Positions 19,228-29,679 of a stretch of DNA of 64,000 nucleotides are shown in pieces. A model generated the notes under the pieces. The model saw nothing but the letters and a program-made list of their open reading frames with translations, searched no databases and was not told the origin of the DNA. How positions within the stretch are numbered: the stretch's first letter is position 1; each line of letters begins with the position of its first letter. The position numbers and the translations under genes are program-made. The stretch spans positions 11,932 to 75,931 of the forward strand of contig DATJAP010000044.1 of assembly GCA_035516155.1 (NCBI GenBank), read 5' to 3'. The stretch is from Nitrospirota bacterium (lineage in GTDB: Bacteria > Nitrospirota > UBA9217).

Positions 19228-20454
19228 TTAATCCTGCGTCCTGGCCACACTGTTTCCGCATACCCTGAGCGCCTCTTCCACCACCTGCACCGTATGAAGC
19301 ACCTCTATCTTCGAGCCCACCAGTTTCAGAGCATTGTTTATCTGCATGCGGCAGCCCGGACATCCGGTTACCACGGCCGACGCCTCTGTCGCAATAATAT
19401 TTTTTGCCTTATCTTCTGCGATGCCGTCGGAAAGCTTTTGATGGGTAATCCGCATGACGCCGCCGAATCCGCAGCAGCGGTCTGCGTTGTTCATCTCCAC
19501 CAGCGTAAGACCGGGAAGGGCGCGGAGAATGCTGCGCACCATTCCGGACAATCCCTGCCCCCTGCCGAGGTGGCAGGGATCGTGATAGGTCACCGTTCTT
19601 CGGACAGATCCCACCGGCATGCCCGGAAGCGCGCGAGCGAGGAATTCATGGATGTCGAGGATAACAGGCGGCTTTCCCGACGGCCGCAGCAGTTTAGGGT
19701 ATTCCTTTTTAAAAGTCAAGCCGCAGGAGGCGCAGGCAGTGACTATGGCGTCCGCTCGAAGTGCTTCGAAGAGCGCCGAGTTATGTGCAGCCAATTCCTC
19801 CGCAGCCGTGCGGTCGCCGAGAGAAAGCAGCGGTCTGCCGCAGCAACATAGGCCGTCCGGAATGACAACCTCGTACCCAAGCCTGCCGAGGACGGATATC
19901 ACGGCCCTGCCAATATCCTTTTGCATTGAATTGACCGCGCAGCCGGGGAAAAAAGCTACCTTCCCTTTGCTCTTTTTCCCGTGTCCTGACTTCTCGCCCT
20001 TTGAACGTTGAATGCTGAGCTCCGAGCTTCCCTTTGTATAATGCAGCGCAACCGGAGCGAGCCACGCAGTTGCGCTCAAGGCAGCCGGATGCCTCAGCAC
20101 ACCGGAAACGATCCTTCCAATGATCCCCGGGCCCGATTCTGCGACAGCCTGCTCCTTCGCAGCCTGGATGATCTTCGTAACCGGCACGCTGTTAGGGCAG
20201 GAAGACTCGCAGGCAAGGCAGGTCGTGCATGTTGCAAGACGATCCTTGAATATCTCCGACACCGCGAGCTTTCCGTCAAGGACGGCTTTTACGAGCACCA
20301 TCCTTCCGCGAGCGGACTGCGATTCACGCCGCTCCCATAGGAACGTCGGACACACGGCGCTGCAGGTCCCGCACTTAACGCAGCGTTCAATCTCGCGGCG
20401 GTACGGTTCAAGCAGCGGGGCAGGCGGAGTATGAGGTGATGTTCTTCTCCTCAT
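19228..20454 (-). CDS. (Fe-S)-binding oxidoreductase with two CCG domains (GlcF/GlpC/HdrD-like)
   Basis: Two ferredoxin motifs (CVKCGTCSAVCP, CTTCLACESSCP) and CCG signatures (FFPGC...CCGRP, HDPCHLGR...CCGFGG). Confidence 0.85.
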   Translation of the reverse strand: MRRRTSPHTPPAPLLEPYRREIERCVKCGTCSAVCPTFLWERRESQSARGRMVLVKAVLDGKLAVSEIFKDRLATCTTCLACESSCPNSVPVTKIIQAAKEQAVAESGPGIIGRIVSGVLRHPAALSATAWLAPVALHYTKGSSELSIQRSKGEKSGHGKKSKGKVAFFPGCAVNSMQKDIGRAVISVLGRLGYEVVIPDGLCCCGRPLLSLGDRTAAEELAAHNSALFEALRADAIVTACASCGLTFKKEYPKLLRPSGKPPVILDIHEFLARALPGMPVGSVRRTVTYHDPCHLGRGQGLSGMVRSILRALPGLTLVEMNNADRCCGFGGVMRITHQKLSDGIAEDKAKNIIATEASAVVTGCPGCRMQINNALKLVGSKIEVLHTVQVVEEALRVCGNSVARTQD

Positions 20455-21051
20455 GGTAGGATTGTCACCAGCGTGCTGAAGGGCACACTGCGGTAGAGTT
20501 CATCGATATCGGAATCGCCAGTGCCATACACTCGTCGGTCCATTTCACATTGGAGAGAGGCCGGTCTGCCGTTGATTCTGCAGTCATCCGGCCATGAATG
20601 TCCACAGCCCAGCCGAGCGGCTGCGTTTTCCACGGTGGCTGCTGCCGTTTCTCGACCACCTTATAATATCAGCGCATATTCATCCGGCGATATTACTCCG
20701 GATAGAAGACTGTATTCAGCATGTTTTAGATCGGGGTAGCTCCACCCGAAAAATTTATAGAACAGCTTTCTTTCCTTCATCAGACAGCTTCGCCCTATCA
20801 ATACCCCCCTGCCAACCAGGGCCTTGCGGCTCTTGACAGGCCGGCCCCCCTTCCAGAGAGTGTCAGGGCATAGACGGTATCGATAACGATTCTGCTATCT
20901 CCGGGAAATGATGCTATGGGCGACTGGAGCGTTTCCGGTATCGGCGCCGTGGATTCCGGTAAGAGGATATGAAGCAAACGGGAGCAAATCTAACAGCCTA
21001 GTGAGATACATATCGTTCCTTTTGAGACCAGACCGCTCCGTAAAGCCCGGA

Positions 21052-21312
21052 TCAGGTTTTGATTTTTTCCTCATAGCGCTTAGCGCAGGTTTCGCTGCAG
21101 AAGGAGCATAGCTTTCCTCCAATACGGCGTGTGACGGCGCGAGCCTTGGGTATATAGGTTCGGCATTCAGGGTCCTGTATCATCTCTTCACCCATGAGGC
21201 GGTCGCTTTTCCTGTCCTCCTCGTGGTAGGACCGGACCGCGGTGCGAAAGACGGTTTTGAGGGCGTAATAGACCACCATAACGCAAAAAAGAATAAACAA
21301 GCCACGTATCAT
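21052..21312 (-). CDS. Small membrane protein with TRASH/YHS-like Cys motif
   Basis: N-terminal TM helix MIRGLFILFCVMVVYYAL, then DPECRTYI...19 aa...CSFCSETC. Confidence 0.6.
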   Translation of the reverse strand: MIRGLFILFCVMVVYYALKTVFRTAVRSYHEEDRKSDRLMGEEMIQDPECRTYIPKARAVTRRIGGKLCSFCSETCAKRYEEKIKT

Positions 21313-21396
21313 CGAACGTCCTTTTTGTCCCCTTTTTTGAGCTTGGCGATGTTCGTTCGTAAGAGTTCCCCGCCTGAGAATAATGGTGGGCCAGCT

Positions 21397-21882
21397 TCAG
21401 GATCTCTCCCCGTACATGAATAGTTGCCTGATCATCCTTTTTAGCGTTGCAAAAAACGACCTCCTATTGAAACAGGCGTTCAAGTGCAAGGGATCATATT
21501 CAAACGCAAGGCGGTATTCCGTGAGCGACCCGTCAACGTGACCCAGATTGCGAGAGGAGACCCATGTCCGTCCGGACGTCCTTGTTCCGAGGGACAATCC
21601 GCAGCGTCCGCTCGCAGGCCGTGATGGCATCCCGCCAAGCGCTGCTTTCGAAGTAAGCATCCCTGAGCGTTATAGCAGCAAATTTATCCGGGTCTGCCGC
21701 AAGGATAAGACCGGTTTTCTTCGATCAAACCCGCGTCATTCGGTATCTTGTCCCGTTCCGCATCGCCGGAATGCTGCGACCGGAGATAGCGCGGATGGGG
21801 ATTTTTTCTCCTGCGATTTAGTACCGCGCGAGAGAAGGAAATAAAAAAAGCAGAGAACAGTCCTATCGAAAATAACGTTCAT
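21397..21882 (-). pseudogene. Disrupted TPR-repeat (signal-anchored) protein gene
   Basis: Four minus-strand segments join into MNVIFDRTVLCFFYFLLS...DAGLIEE/KTGLILAADPDKFAAITLRDAYFESSAWRDAITACERTLRIVPRNKDVRTDMG/VSSRNLGHVDGSLTEYRLAFEYDPLHLNACFN. Joining them needs frame changes at homopolymers 21802-21807, 21715-21718 and 21561-21563. Confidence 0.35.
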
Positions 21883-22009
21883 GACAGTTACCAGAGCCTT
21901 CCTGTCACCACCAAGACTGCCGGCCTGCGTGAAAAGGTGAAAATTCGCTGCCCCGCGGGAGGAATGTTGCCCTTCAAAGCTGAGGTGCATCAGGCGCCAT
22001 GCCGTAGCA

Positions 22010-23569
22010 TCAATGCCTGAAGTGCCTCATCCCCGTCATCACCATGGCTATGCCATGTTCGTCTGCCGCTTTGATTATTTCCTCGTCCTTGAGTGAGCCG
22101 CCGGTCTGAATCACCGCGGTAACGCCAGCCCGGGCTGCTTCGTCAAGCCCGTCGCGGAAGGGGAAAAACGCATCAGACGCAAGCACAGTCCCCTTGAGCG
22201 GGAACTGCGCCTTCATCTTCGCGATGCGGACCGAATCGAGACGGCTCATCTGGCCCGCGCCAATACCGACCGTCCGGTCCCTGGTCGTAAACACGATGGC
22301 GTTAGACTTGATATGCTTGCACACCTTCCAGGCGAAGGCGAGCGCTTCGTATTCTTCGTCCGTGGGGTTTCGTTTCGTTGCTACGCGAAGCGCGCGGATA
22401 TCGGCAATTTTACCGAGATCGCGGTCCTGATAAATGAGCCCGCCGACCACCTTTTTCAGGTCCATGCCTTCAGCTGCTCCCCTGACCGTGGGGCCGACAT
22501 CGAGAAGCCGCAAATCTTTTTTCTTTCTGAGTTCCTCGACCGCATCGGGTGCAAATTCCGGCGCCACGACCACTTCCACGAAAGTTGCCGTTAATTCTTT
22601 GGCCGTTTCGAAATCCACCATGCGGTTAAATGCAATAACACCGCCGAAGGCCGACACGGGGTCACAGTCGCGAGCCTTGCGATAGGCATTGACAAGCGTT
22701 GAGGAAATGGCCGCGCCGCAGGGATTATTATGCTTCACGATCACGGCGGCTGTTTCGTCGAACTCTTTTACAAGTTCGAGGGCGCTGTTCGCGTCGAGGA
22801 AGTTATTGAATGACATTTCCTTACCCTGGAGTTGCTTTGCGCTGGATACGGAGGGCTCCTTTCGCCCGAACTCGCGGTAGAAGGCGCCTTGCTGATGTGG
22901 GTTCTCGCCGTAGCGCAGGTTCTGCACCTTCTCAAACTGAAGCGTAAGGATATTGGGGAAGCGGGTTTTTTCATCTGACGGCACCTGACTGTCGAGCCAG
23001 GCCGAGATCGCGCTATCATAGCGGGCGGTGTGAAGGAATACGGTGCGGCAAAGCTCAAAGCGCGTCTTAGCTGACACCTCCCCGTTTTTTTGAAGTTCTT
23101 CGAGCACGCGGCCGTAGTCGCGGGGCGACACAACCACGGTAACGTCATTATGGTTTTTGGCTGCGGAACGCAGCATCGTAGGACCGCCGATATCAATATT
23201 TTCAATAGCTTCCTCGAAGGTGCAGCCCGGCTTCGCTATGGTCTGCTCAAAAGGATACAGGTTCACGACCACGAGGTCGATTGGCTCGATACCGTGCTGC
23301 TTCATCTGTTTCACGTGGTTGGGGTTGTTCCGTTTGCCGAGAATGCCGCCGTGGACTTTGGGGTGCAGCGTCTTGACCCTTCCGTCAAGCATCTCGGGAA
23401 AGCCAGTGAATTCGGACACGTCCTTCACCGGGATCCCGACGTCGCGAAGCATTTTTGCCGTGCCACCAGTAGAGAGAATTTCGATGCCAAGCTTCGAAAT
23501 ACCCCTCGCAAAATCAAGGATGCCTTCTTTGTTGGACACACTGATGAGTGCGCGCGTCACTTTAGCCAC
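22010..23569 (-). CDS. purH: Bifunctional AICAR transformylase / IMP cyclohydrolase
   Basis: 519 aa: ALISVSNKEGILDFARG...GGTAKML...LHPKVHGGIL...MRHFRH. GTG start with GGAGGG upstream. Confidence 0.95.
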   Translation of the reverse strand: MAKVTRALISVSNKEGILDFARGISKLGIEILSTGGTAKMLRDVGIPVKDVSEFTGFPEMLDGRVKTLHPKVHGGILGKRNNPNHVKQMKQHGIEPIDLVVVNLYPFEQTIAKPGCTFEEAIENIDIGGPTMLRSAAKNHNDVTVVVSPRDYGRVLEELQKNGEVSAKTRFELCRTVFLHTARYDSAISAWLDSQVPSDEKTRFPNILTLQFEKVQNLRYGENPHQQGAFYREFGRKEPSVSSAKQLQGKEMSFNNFLDANSALELVKEFDETAAVIVKHNNPCGAAISSTLVNAYRKARDCDPVSAFGGVIAFNRMVDFETAKELTATFVEVVVAPEFAPDAVEELRKKKDLRLLDVGPTVRGAAEGMDLKKVVGGLIYQDRDLGKIADIRALRVATKRNPTDEEYEALAFAWKVCKHIKSNAIVFTTRDRTVGIGAGQMSRLDSVRIAKMKAQFPLKGTVLASDAFFPFRDGLDEAARAGVTAVIQTGGSLKDEEIIKAADEHGIAMVMTGMRHFRH

Positions 23570-23687
23570 AGGTTGGCCCTCCGAGAAAAATAATGGGAAA
23601 TCGTTGCAGAATGTGTAGAATTGTAACCGAACAAAGGGGGAATGTCAATTTTAATAGACCCGCATTTTAAGAGACCCGCAGGGAGAC

Positions 23688-25067
23688 TCAGCCTACTACG
23701 TTATATTCCCGGACACGAAACTTCGCGCCCAGTTCCCCGGCGATCTTCCGGCAGGTTTCGATGTCCACGTCCGGCGCGGATACGACAGTGGCAGTTACGT
23801 CAGGGATATACTTTGTTGCTTCGCGGATAAATTCCTTGACCGCTTCATACGTCGGAGGACCAAATTTCGGCTGCGTCAGTTTATCATATACCTCGGCGTT
23901 CTGGGCGTTCAGACTCACGCTCACGGCGTCTACGAGCCCGGCGAGCTCGGGCAGGATATTGCGCTTGTAGATCAACGTTCCATGGCCGTTGGTATCGATG
24001 CGGACGTTTCCGCCTCGCCGCTTCACTTCGGCGGAAACGACTTTCACCACGTCGAGCCTCAGCGTCGGCTCGCCGTATCCGCAGAACACGATCTCGGCAT
24101 ATCGTTTCGGATCGCCGATTTCCTTGATGATCGCTTCGGCCGACGGCTCCTCGGCAAGCCTCAGATTGTGCCCCTTCACGAAATCGGTGTGATAACGCAC
24201 GCAAAATGTGCAGGCAGCCGTGCAACGGTTCGTGATATTCAGGTAGAGCGAGTTCCTGATGGGATAGGTAATCTGGCCCTCCTTCGGGATCGTGCCGATG
24301 CCGAAAAGCTGCATGGCATTGAAGCTCGTAATCCGGGCAACATCGTCGAAGGTAAGACCCTTGACCTGCGCGATCATTTCCGCCGTATACCGGATAAAGG
24401 CTGGCTCGTTCCGCTTCCCGCGCACGGACTGGGGTGCGAGATAGGGCGCATCGGTCTCGATGAGCAGGTGCTCGATGGGAATCTGCTTCACGACCTCGCG
24501 TAACGATTCCGCCTTGGGAAAGGTCACGGGGCCCGCAATGGAAATGGAGAAGCCCATATCGATAACCTTTATCGCCATGGCGGCGTCGCCGGAAAAGCAG
24601 TGCATCACGCCGCCCAAGTCGGGAGACCATTCCTCGGATAGGATCTGCAGCGTGTCGTCATGAGCCTCGCGGTCATGTATGATGACAGGAAGATCGAGTT
24701 CCCGCGCCTCGCGCAGCATGTCACGGAACTTTCTCTTCTGGTCCGTTCGGGGAGAATGTTCGTAGTGATAGTCCAGCCCGATCTCGCCGTAGGCCACCAC
24801 TTTCTTATGCTGTGCGAAATGCCTGATGATCTCGTAGGCGGGATGGAGGATGTCCTTCACTTCATGGGGGTGGATGCCGATAGCAGCGTAGATAAAGTCG
24901 TACTTGTCCGCCAGCATCACCGCATCGCGACTCGACTCGACCGTCGTGCCGATGGTTACAATATATTCAACGCCTGCTTCCCGCGCTCGCTTAATCACGT
25001 TCTCGCGGTCGTCGTTGAAGTCGGGCATTTCCAAGTGCGCATGAGTGTCGATGAGCATTGGCTCCAC
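23688..25067 (-). CDS. TatD-family hydrolase fused to a radical SAM domain
   Basis: N-terminal LIDTHAHLE...GEIGLDYHY...HDREAH...IETDAPYL is TatD. The C-terminal half has CTAACTFC (CxxxCxxC) and GYGEPTL radical SAM motifs. The exact start (GTG 25067 or ATG 25058) is uncertain. Confidence 0.85.
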   Translation of the reverse strand: MEPMLIDTHAHLEMPDFNDDRENVIKRAREAGVEYIVTIGTTVESSRDAVMLADKYDFIYAAIGIHPHEVKDILHPAYEIIRHFAQHKKVVAYGEIGLDYHYEHSPRTDQKRKFRDMLREARELDLPVIIHDREAHDDTLQILSEEWSPDLGGVMHCFSGDAAMAIKVIDMGFSISIAGPVTFPKAESLREVVKQIPIEHLLIETDAPYLAPQSVRGKRNEPAFIRYTAEMIAQVKGLTFDDVARITSFNAMQLFGIGTIPKEGQITYPIRNSLYLNITNRCTAACTFCVRYHTDFVKGHNLRLAEEPSAEAIIKEIGDPKRYAEIVFCGYGEPTLRLDVVKVVSAEVKRRGGNVRIDTNGHGTLIYKRNILPELAGLVDAVSVSLNAQNAEVYDKLTQPKFGPPTYEAVKEFIREATKYIPDVTATVVSAPDVDIETCRKIAGELGAKFRVREYNVVG

Positions 25068-25153
25068 CAGTACAGCTGAACAGGGGCCGCCAGGATCTGC
25101 CCCTGTAACATCATTCCGTATGTTTCATGAACAGGCACACACGGGCGTTAAAC

Positions 25154-27118
25154 CTACTTCACCCGGCTACCGGTCTTAGTCTCCCGGTCGAATGTGGCGA
25201 TGGCAAGAAGGTCGCCGTCGCTCGCGGCAAGGAGCATGCCCTGGGATTCTACTCCCATGAGTTTGGCAGGCTTCAGGTTCGCGACGATCACGATGGACTT
25301 GCCTGTAAGCTCCTCGGGTGTATAGCTCTTCCCGATTCCAGCCACGACCTGGCGCGTTTCCGTACCGATGTCCACCTTGAGCTTCACAAGCTTCGCGGAC
25401 TTTTCAACGCGTTCGGCGGAAACGATCCTCCCCACGCGCAGGTCAACTTTCATGAAATCTTCGATACCGACAAGCTCAGGCCCGGCAGCTGCGGGTTGCG
25501 GCGCCGGTTGTTTTGGTTCTTCTGCAGTCTTCTCCATCTTTTTCTCCGTCTTCTTTTTTTGGTCAATTCGGGGGAAGAGCTGCGACCCGGGTCGGACAGC
25601 GGCGCTGTGAGCCAACCTTCCCCATATGAGTTCCTCCTGCATACGGCATGAACTCAACGGCCTATCGACGCCAAGAGCGCTCCAGATTTTCTGGCAGGTA
25701 GAAGGCATCACCGGATAGAGGTAGAGCCCGATCAGCCGGAGTGCTTCCGAGAGGTTATAGAGTACATTTCCAAGCCGTTCAAAGTCTTTGTTCTTCGCAA
25801 GCGTCCAGGGCGCGCTTTCCTCCACATAGCGGTTGGCGCGCGTTACGAGTGTCCAGACGTCCTGGAGGTACCTCGTAAAGGAGAGCGATGAGAGATCGTC
25901 CTCCACTTTCAGGGGAATCGAAACAGCGGTCTCGCGCAATTCCCGATCGAGGGGATGCTCGGGCCCTGCTGGCGGAATCTCCCCCCCAAAATATTTGCTG
26001 ATCATAGTGAGTACGCGGGAAAGGAGGTTCCCGAGATCATTCGCAAGCTCGGTATTGAACCGCGTAGTGAAGGTCTGGACCGAAAAATCGCCGTCAAGCC
26101 CGAAGGGCACCTCGCGTAGCACGAAATACCGGAACGCATCCGCACTGTAGGCATCGACAATCGTGTTTGGATCAATTACGTTTCCGAGCGATTTGGACAT
26201 CTTCTTGCCGTCCTGCGTCCACCACCCATGGGCGAAGATGTTCCCAGGAAGCCGCAGGCCGAGTGCCATGAGCATGGTGGACCAGTAGACGCTGTGTGTG
26301 GTTAGGATGTCCTTGCCCACCAGATGATGGTTTGCCGGCCACCAGAATTGCTCACGTTTCAAAACATCCATTGAACCTTCCACCGCTGGACTCAGGTAAC
26401 GCGTAGCCGAAAGATAGTTCACGAGAGCATCGAACCAGACATAGGTGACAAAGTCCCGGTCAAAGGGAAGCTCGATGCCCCAGGAAAGGCGTGCTTTGGG
26501 CCTGGAGATGCAGAGGTCTCCGAGCGGCTGCGTTCTCAGGAACCCGAGTACTTCATTGCGACGGCTTTCCGGCCGGATGTAGTTCGGGTTCTGATCGATG
26601 TGCTGTATCAGGCGATCCTGATACCTGCTCATCATAAAAAAGTAATTGTCTTCGGTGATGCGTTCGACGGGCCTGCCACAGTCGGGGCACCTGCCCTCCA
26701 CAATTTCCTTTTCCGTCCAGAACCGCTCGTCGGGCGTGCAGTACCAGCCTTCGTAGGTCCGACGTTCGATCTCGCCTTTGTCGTAAAGCTTCTGCAACAG
26801 TTCCTGGACCACGGCAATATGCTCCAGGTCTGTGGTGCGGATGAAGGCGTCATGTGAGATTTCGAGCTTCCTCCAGAGGCCCTGGAAATTCACGATCATG
26901 AGATCCGCGTGTGCCTTCGGCGTAAGCCCCCGCTCCAGCGCTGCTTTCTCAACCTTCTGGCCATGTTCGTCGGTGCCGGTGAGAAAGAATACGGTATCGC
27001 CCCTTAAGCGGTGATACCGCGCTAGCGTGTCCGCGGCGATGGTCGTATAGGCGTGGCCGATGTGCGGCACGTCGTTTACGTAGTAGATTGGTGTCGTAAT
27101 GTAGAATTTAGCGGGCAT
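25154..27118 (-). CDS. metG: Methionine--tRNA ligase with C-terminal tRNA-binding (Trbp111-like) domain
   Basis: HIGHAY and KMSKS motifs, Zn knuckle CPDCG, C-terminal VGRIVSAE...KLVKLKVDIG. Confidence 0.95.
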   Translation of the reverse strand: MPAKFYITTPIYYVNDVPHIGHAYTTIAADTLARYHRLRGDTVFFLTGTDEHGQKVEKAALERGLTPKAHADLMIVNFQGLWRKLEISHDAFIRTTDLEHIAVVQELLQKLYDKGEIERRTYEGWYCTPDERFWTEKEIVEGRCPDCGRPVERITEDNYFFMMSRYQDRLIQHIDQNPNYIRPESRRNEVLGFLRTQPLGDLCISRPKARLSWGIELPFDRDFVTYVWFDALVNYLSATRYLSPAVEGSMDVLKREQFWWPANHHLVGKDILTTHSVYWSTMLMALGLRLPGNIFAHGWWTQDGKKMSKSLGNVIDPNTIVDAYSADAFRYFVLREVPFGLDGDFSVQTFTTRFNTELANDLGNLLSRVLTMISKYFGGEIPPAGPEHPLDRELRETAVSIPLKVEDDLSSLSFTRYLQDVWTLVTRANRYVEESAPWTLAKNKDFERLGNVLYNLSEALRLIGLYLYPVMPSTCQKIWSALGVDRPLSSCRMQEELIWGRLAHSAAVRPGSQLFPRIDQKKKTEKKMEKTAEEPKQPAPQPAAAGPELVGIEDFMKVDLRVGRIVSAERVEKSAKLVKLKVDIGTETRQVVAGIGKSYTPEELTGKSIVIVANLKPAKLMGVESQGMLLAASDGDLLAIATFDRETKTGSRVK

Positions 27119-27288
27119 AAAAATAGTTTACCACGAAGATCATGAAGAGCACAGTGGCAGAGTATCGCAGATTGCCATGCAGAAGCATTGCCGCTTCAAC
27201 CGTATCGTGCTCGATTTACAGGTTCTTCCTGCTGCAGGGTTTTGATAGTATTGCAAAAAAGCCCTCAAGCCCGCCTACCGCTTTCAGA

Positions 27289-28464
27289 TCACGACGTTTC
27301 CGGGCCCTGGGTCTTGATTTCACCACCCGGCTGTCCCTTCTTTTTCTTGCGCCAGAACCGGCGTTTTTTCCGCTTCCCGGTTTTATCGCCTTCCTGCTGA
27401 GGCCGCTGGGCCGCCTGCTCTTCGGTCGGCCTCTTTTCCTCTTTTACCTGCCGTTGCGCTTCTGACGGTTGCTGGGCTGTCTTTGACCGCTGAGGCTCCT
27501 TCTTCTTTTCGGGCCTGCCTCCTCGCTGGTCATCCTTCTTTTTTCCGCGTCGTCCTTCCTCCTGTTTGCGCTCATCCTGGCGCTTCATATCCTCAGCCTG
27601 CCTGCGCTCCTCGGCATCTTTCTGCTCCTCGGCAACGCGCCGCTCATCTTCCTCTTTCTTTTCCTTCACCGCTGCATCGCGCATACCAGCCATGTCTTTC
27701 TTGATTTCGTCGTATATTTCGTACTCATAGGAGAGGCAGCAGAGCAGCCTGCCGCAAACACCCGAAATTTTCGCCGGGTTCAGCACCATCTCCTGCTTTT
27801 TAGCCATGCGGATGGAAACGGGCTCGAAATTCTTGAGGAACGACGCGCAGCAGAGCTCCCTGCCACAGGGCCCGAACCCGCCGATCATGCGCGCCACGTC
27901 CCTCACGCCGATCTGGCGCATCTCGATCCTGCTCTTGAGCTTGTAGGCCAGGTCCTTCACAAGCTCCCGGAAGTCGACCCGCGTTTCGGAGAAAAAGAAA
28001 AATGTAACGCGCGATGCGTCGAAGGAATATTCCACGCGTATCAGTTTCATCGGCATTTCTCGTTCGGTGATCATGTCCTGGCCGATTTTAAAGGCCTCTG
28101 CCTCGCGCTCCATGTTTTTCGATTCGCGGACGAGATCGTCCTCGTTGGCTCTGCGCAGTATTTTCCGCAGCACCTGTGGCTTCTGCTTGCTGTCATCCGC
28201 GGCTTCAACCGGAGCCGCATCGGTGTCAACCTCTTCTTCGACCTGTAGGCCGTGTTCCATCTGAACCACCGGTTGCGGTTCGGCCGGCGGGAATTGCCCT
28301 AGATGTTTTTTCAGGCGCACCACCGTGGCAAATCCCTGCCCGCGTTCGGAATCAACGATCACCTTGTCGCCAATCGCGACCTCAATATCGGTTGCATCGA
28401 AATCGTAAACTTTCCAGTTTTCCCGGAAACGTACTCCCGCTATTTTTATAATTCTCTCAGTCAT
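27289..28464 (-). CDS. PSP1-domain protein (YaaT/RicT-like) with long K/E/R-rich tail
   Basis: The PSP1 core includes the Cys cluster CGRELCCASFL...CGRLLCCLSYE. The C-terminal ~130 aa are low-complexity and charged. Confidence 0.85.
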   Translation of the reverse strand: MTERIIKIAGVRFRENWKVYDFDATDIEVAIGDKVIVDSERGQGFATVVRLKKHLGQFPPAEPQPVVQMEHGLQVEEEVDTDAAPVEAADDSKQKPQVLRKILRRANEDDLVRESKNMEREAEAFKIGQDMITEREMPMKLIRVEYSFDASRVTFFFFSETRVDFRELVKDLAYKLKSRIEMRQIGVRDVARMIGGFGPCGRELCCASFLKNFEPVSIRMAKKQEMVLNPAKISGVCGRLLCCLSYEYEIYDEIKKDMAGMRDAAVKEKKEEDERRVAEEQKDAEERRQAEDMKRQDERKQEEGRRGKKKDDQRGGRPEKKKEPQRSKTAQQPSEAQRQVKEEKRPTEEQAAQRPQQEGDKTGKRKKRRFWRKKKKGQPGGEIKTQGPETS

Positions 28465-28596
28465 GAATTAGGTATGCTCTGCCTTCTCCCGGAAGCCTTT
28501 TTCGACTATCGGACTTTCCGGAAAATCATTCAATATCCTCTTTTGCCGGGATTGCAGCTTCATCCCGCGTGCCTGCTAAAACACCTGTTAATCAGT

Positions 28597-29577
28597 TTAG
28601 TATCGTCCTAATTTAAAAAAAAGATTCTCTGCCACGAGCTGAGCGCTAACGCGGCGGTCGATCAAATGTCTGCTCGCGATAAGCAGGTCCAGATCGGCAA
28701 GCATTCCCGGGAGAGGGAACCGTTCCGCTTCCCGCCTATACCGTTCTCCGGACCCGGTCTGAACAAGCAGTATCTCTTCTCCTGTTTCCCGGTAGACAAG
28801 CGCATCACGAATACTTTCAACGCCGATTTCGAGCAGCCGGTCTAATTGCTCCCGGTCTTTAACGTACCGTTCAGCGAGGTCGAGCACCTCGGCATCGCTC
28901 ATCCGGCCGATATTGTTCCACAACGACAGGAACTTCTCCCGTTCGGCTTTTTCCTGTTCCACATCCATCGCCAGGCCGCGGCCGATACTCCCGCAGGCGA
29001 GGGCCGCAAGAAACCAGGCATCTCCCTCCGAAAGCCCGCGCTCCCTCATGAGAACCTGTGCCAGCGTCCTGCGCGGCAGGGGCTGGAAGCGGATTTCCTG
29101 GCACCGCGAGCGGATGGTCGTCAGCAAGCTCTGCGGCATGGACGTGATCAGGATGATGAGCGAGTCTCCCGGTGGCTCTTCGAGTGTTTTCAAGAAAGCG
29201 TTCGACGACGACTGATTCATACGCTCTGCGAAATCGACGATCAGCGTCTTTTTTGCTCCCTCAAAGGGCTTGAGCGCCAGGTCCGCCTGTATCAGCCTGA
29301 TCTGGTCAATTTTGATTTCTTCACCATCGGGAACCAGCAAATGAATATCAGGGTGCCCCCCCGATACGGTCTTGCGGCACGAGGGACAAGTGCCGCAGCC
29401 ACCCTGAGGCCCGAGGTTCGGACAATTGACCGCGGCGGCAAGCGCGATTGCCGTGAGCTTCTTGCCGATCCCCTCATCGCCGGAAAAAAGATAGGCATGG
29501 GCGAGCGTGTTGTTTGCCAGCGCCCGCTTCAATATGGTAACAGGCCGTTCATGCCCTTTTATCGTTGCAAACGACAT
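28597..29577 (-). CDS. holB: DNA polymerase III subunit delta'
   Basis: AHAYLFSGDEGIGK, Zn module CPNLGPQGGCGTCPSCRK, SRCQEIRF sensor motif. Confidence 0.9.
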   Translation of the reverse strand: MSFATIKGHERPVTILKRALANNTLAHAYLFSGDEGIGKKLTAIALAAAVNCPNLGPQGGCGTCPSCRKTVSGGHPDIHLLVPDGEEIKIDQIRLIQADLALKPFEGAKKTLIVDFAERMNQSSSNAFLKTLEEPPGDSLIILITSMPQSLLTTIRSRCQEIRFQPLPRRTLAQVLMRERGLSEGDAWFLAALACGSIGRGLAMDVEQEKAEREKFLSLWNNIGRMSDAEVLDLAERYVKDREQLDRLLEIGVESIRDALVYRETGEEILLVQTGSGERYRREAERFPLPGMLADLDLLIASRHLIDRRVSAQLVAENLFFKLGRY

Positions 29578-29679
29578 GTCTTCTGCACCCTGAAAGCGAC
29601 CGGGGACACGCTCACCCGACGCGCATCTACTGCCGAACCTAATGCCTTTCAGCGCGAATTGCGGCTTGCAGCATTTCTC

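Noticed and set aside
18511-19851. 446-aa + strand ORF
   Set aside because: It runs antisense across two well-supported minus-strand genes (transaldolase and the CCG/Fe-S protein), with no motifs. It is a GC-rich frame artefact. The same reasoning applies to 12893-13741, 28846-29700, 40863-41693, 43746-45203 and 48583-49740.
20455-21051. 600-bp gene-less spacer with several short ORFs (also 18022-18534)
   Set aside because: No RBS-linked ORF, repeat or RNA motif could be supported by eye. Most likely it is promoter and leader DNA for the flanking minus-strand operons.
25080-25106. 8-bp GC stem-loop (ACAGGGGC...GCCCCTGT) between metG and tatD, as a terminator
   Set aside because: No T-tract follows on either strand. 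It may be an mRNA processing or stability element, but that cannot be supported from the sequence alone.
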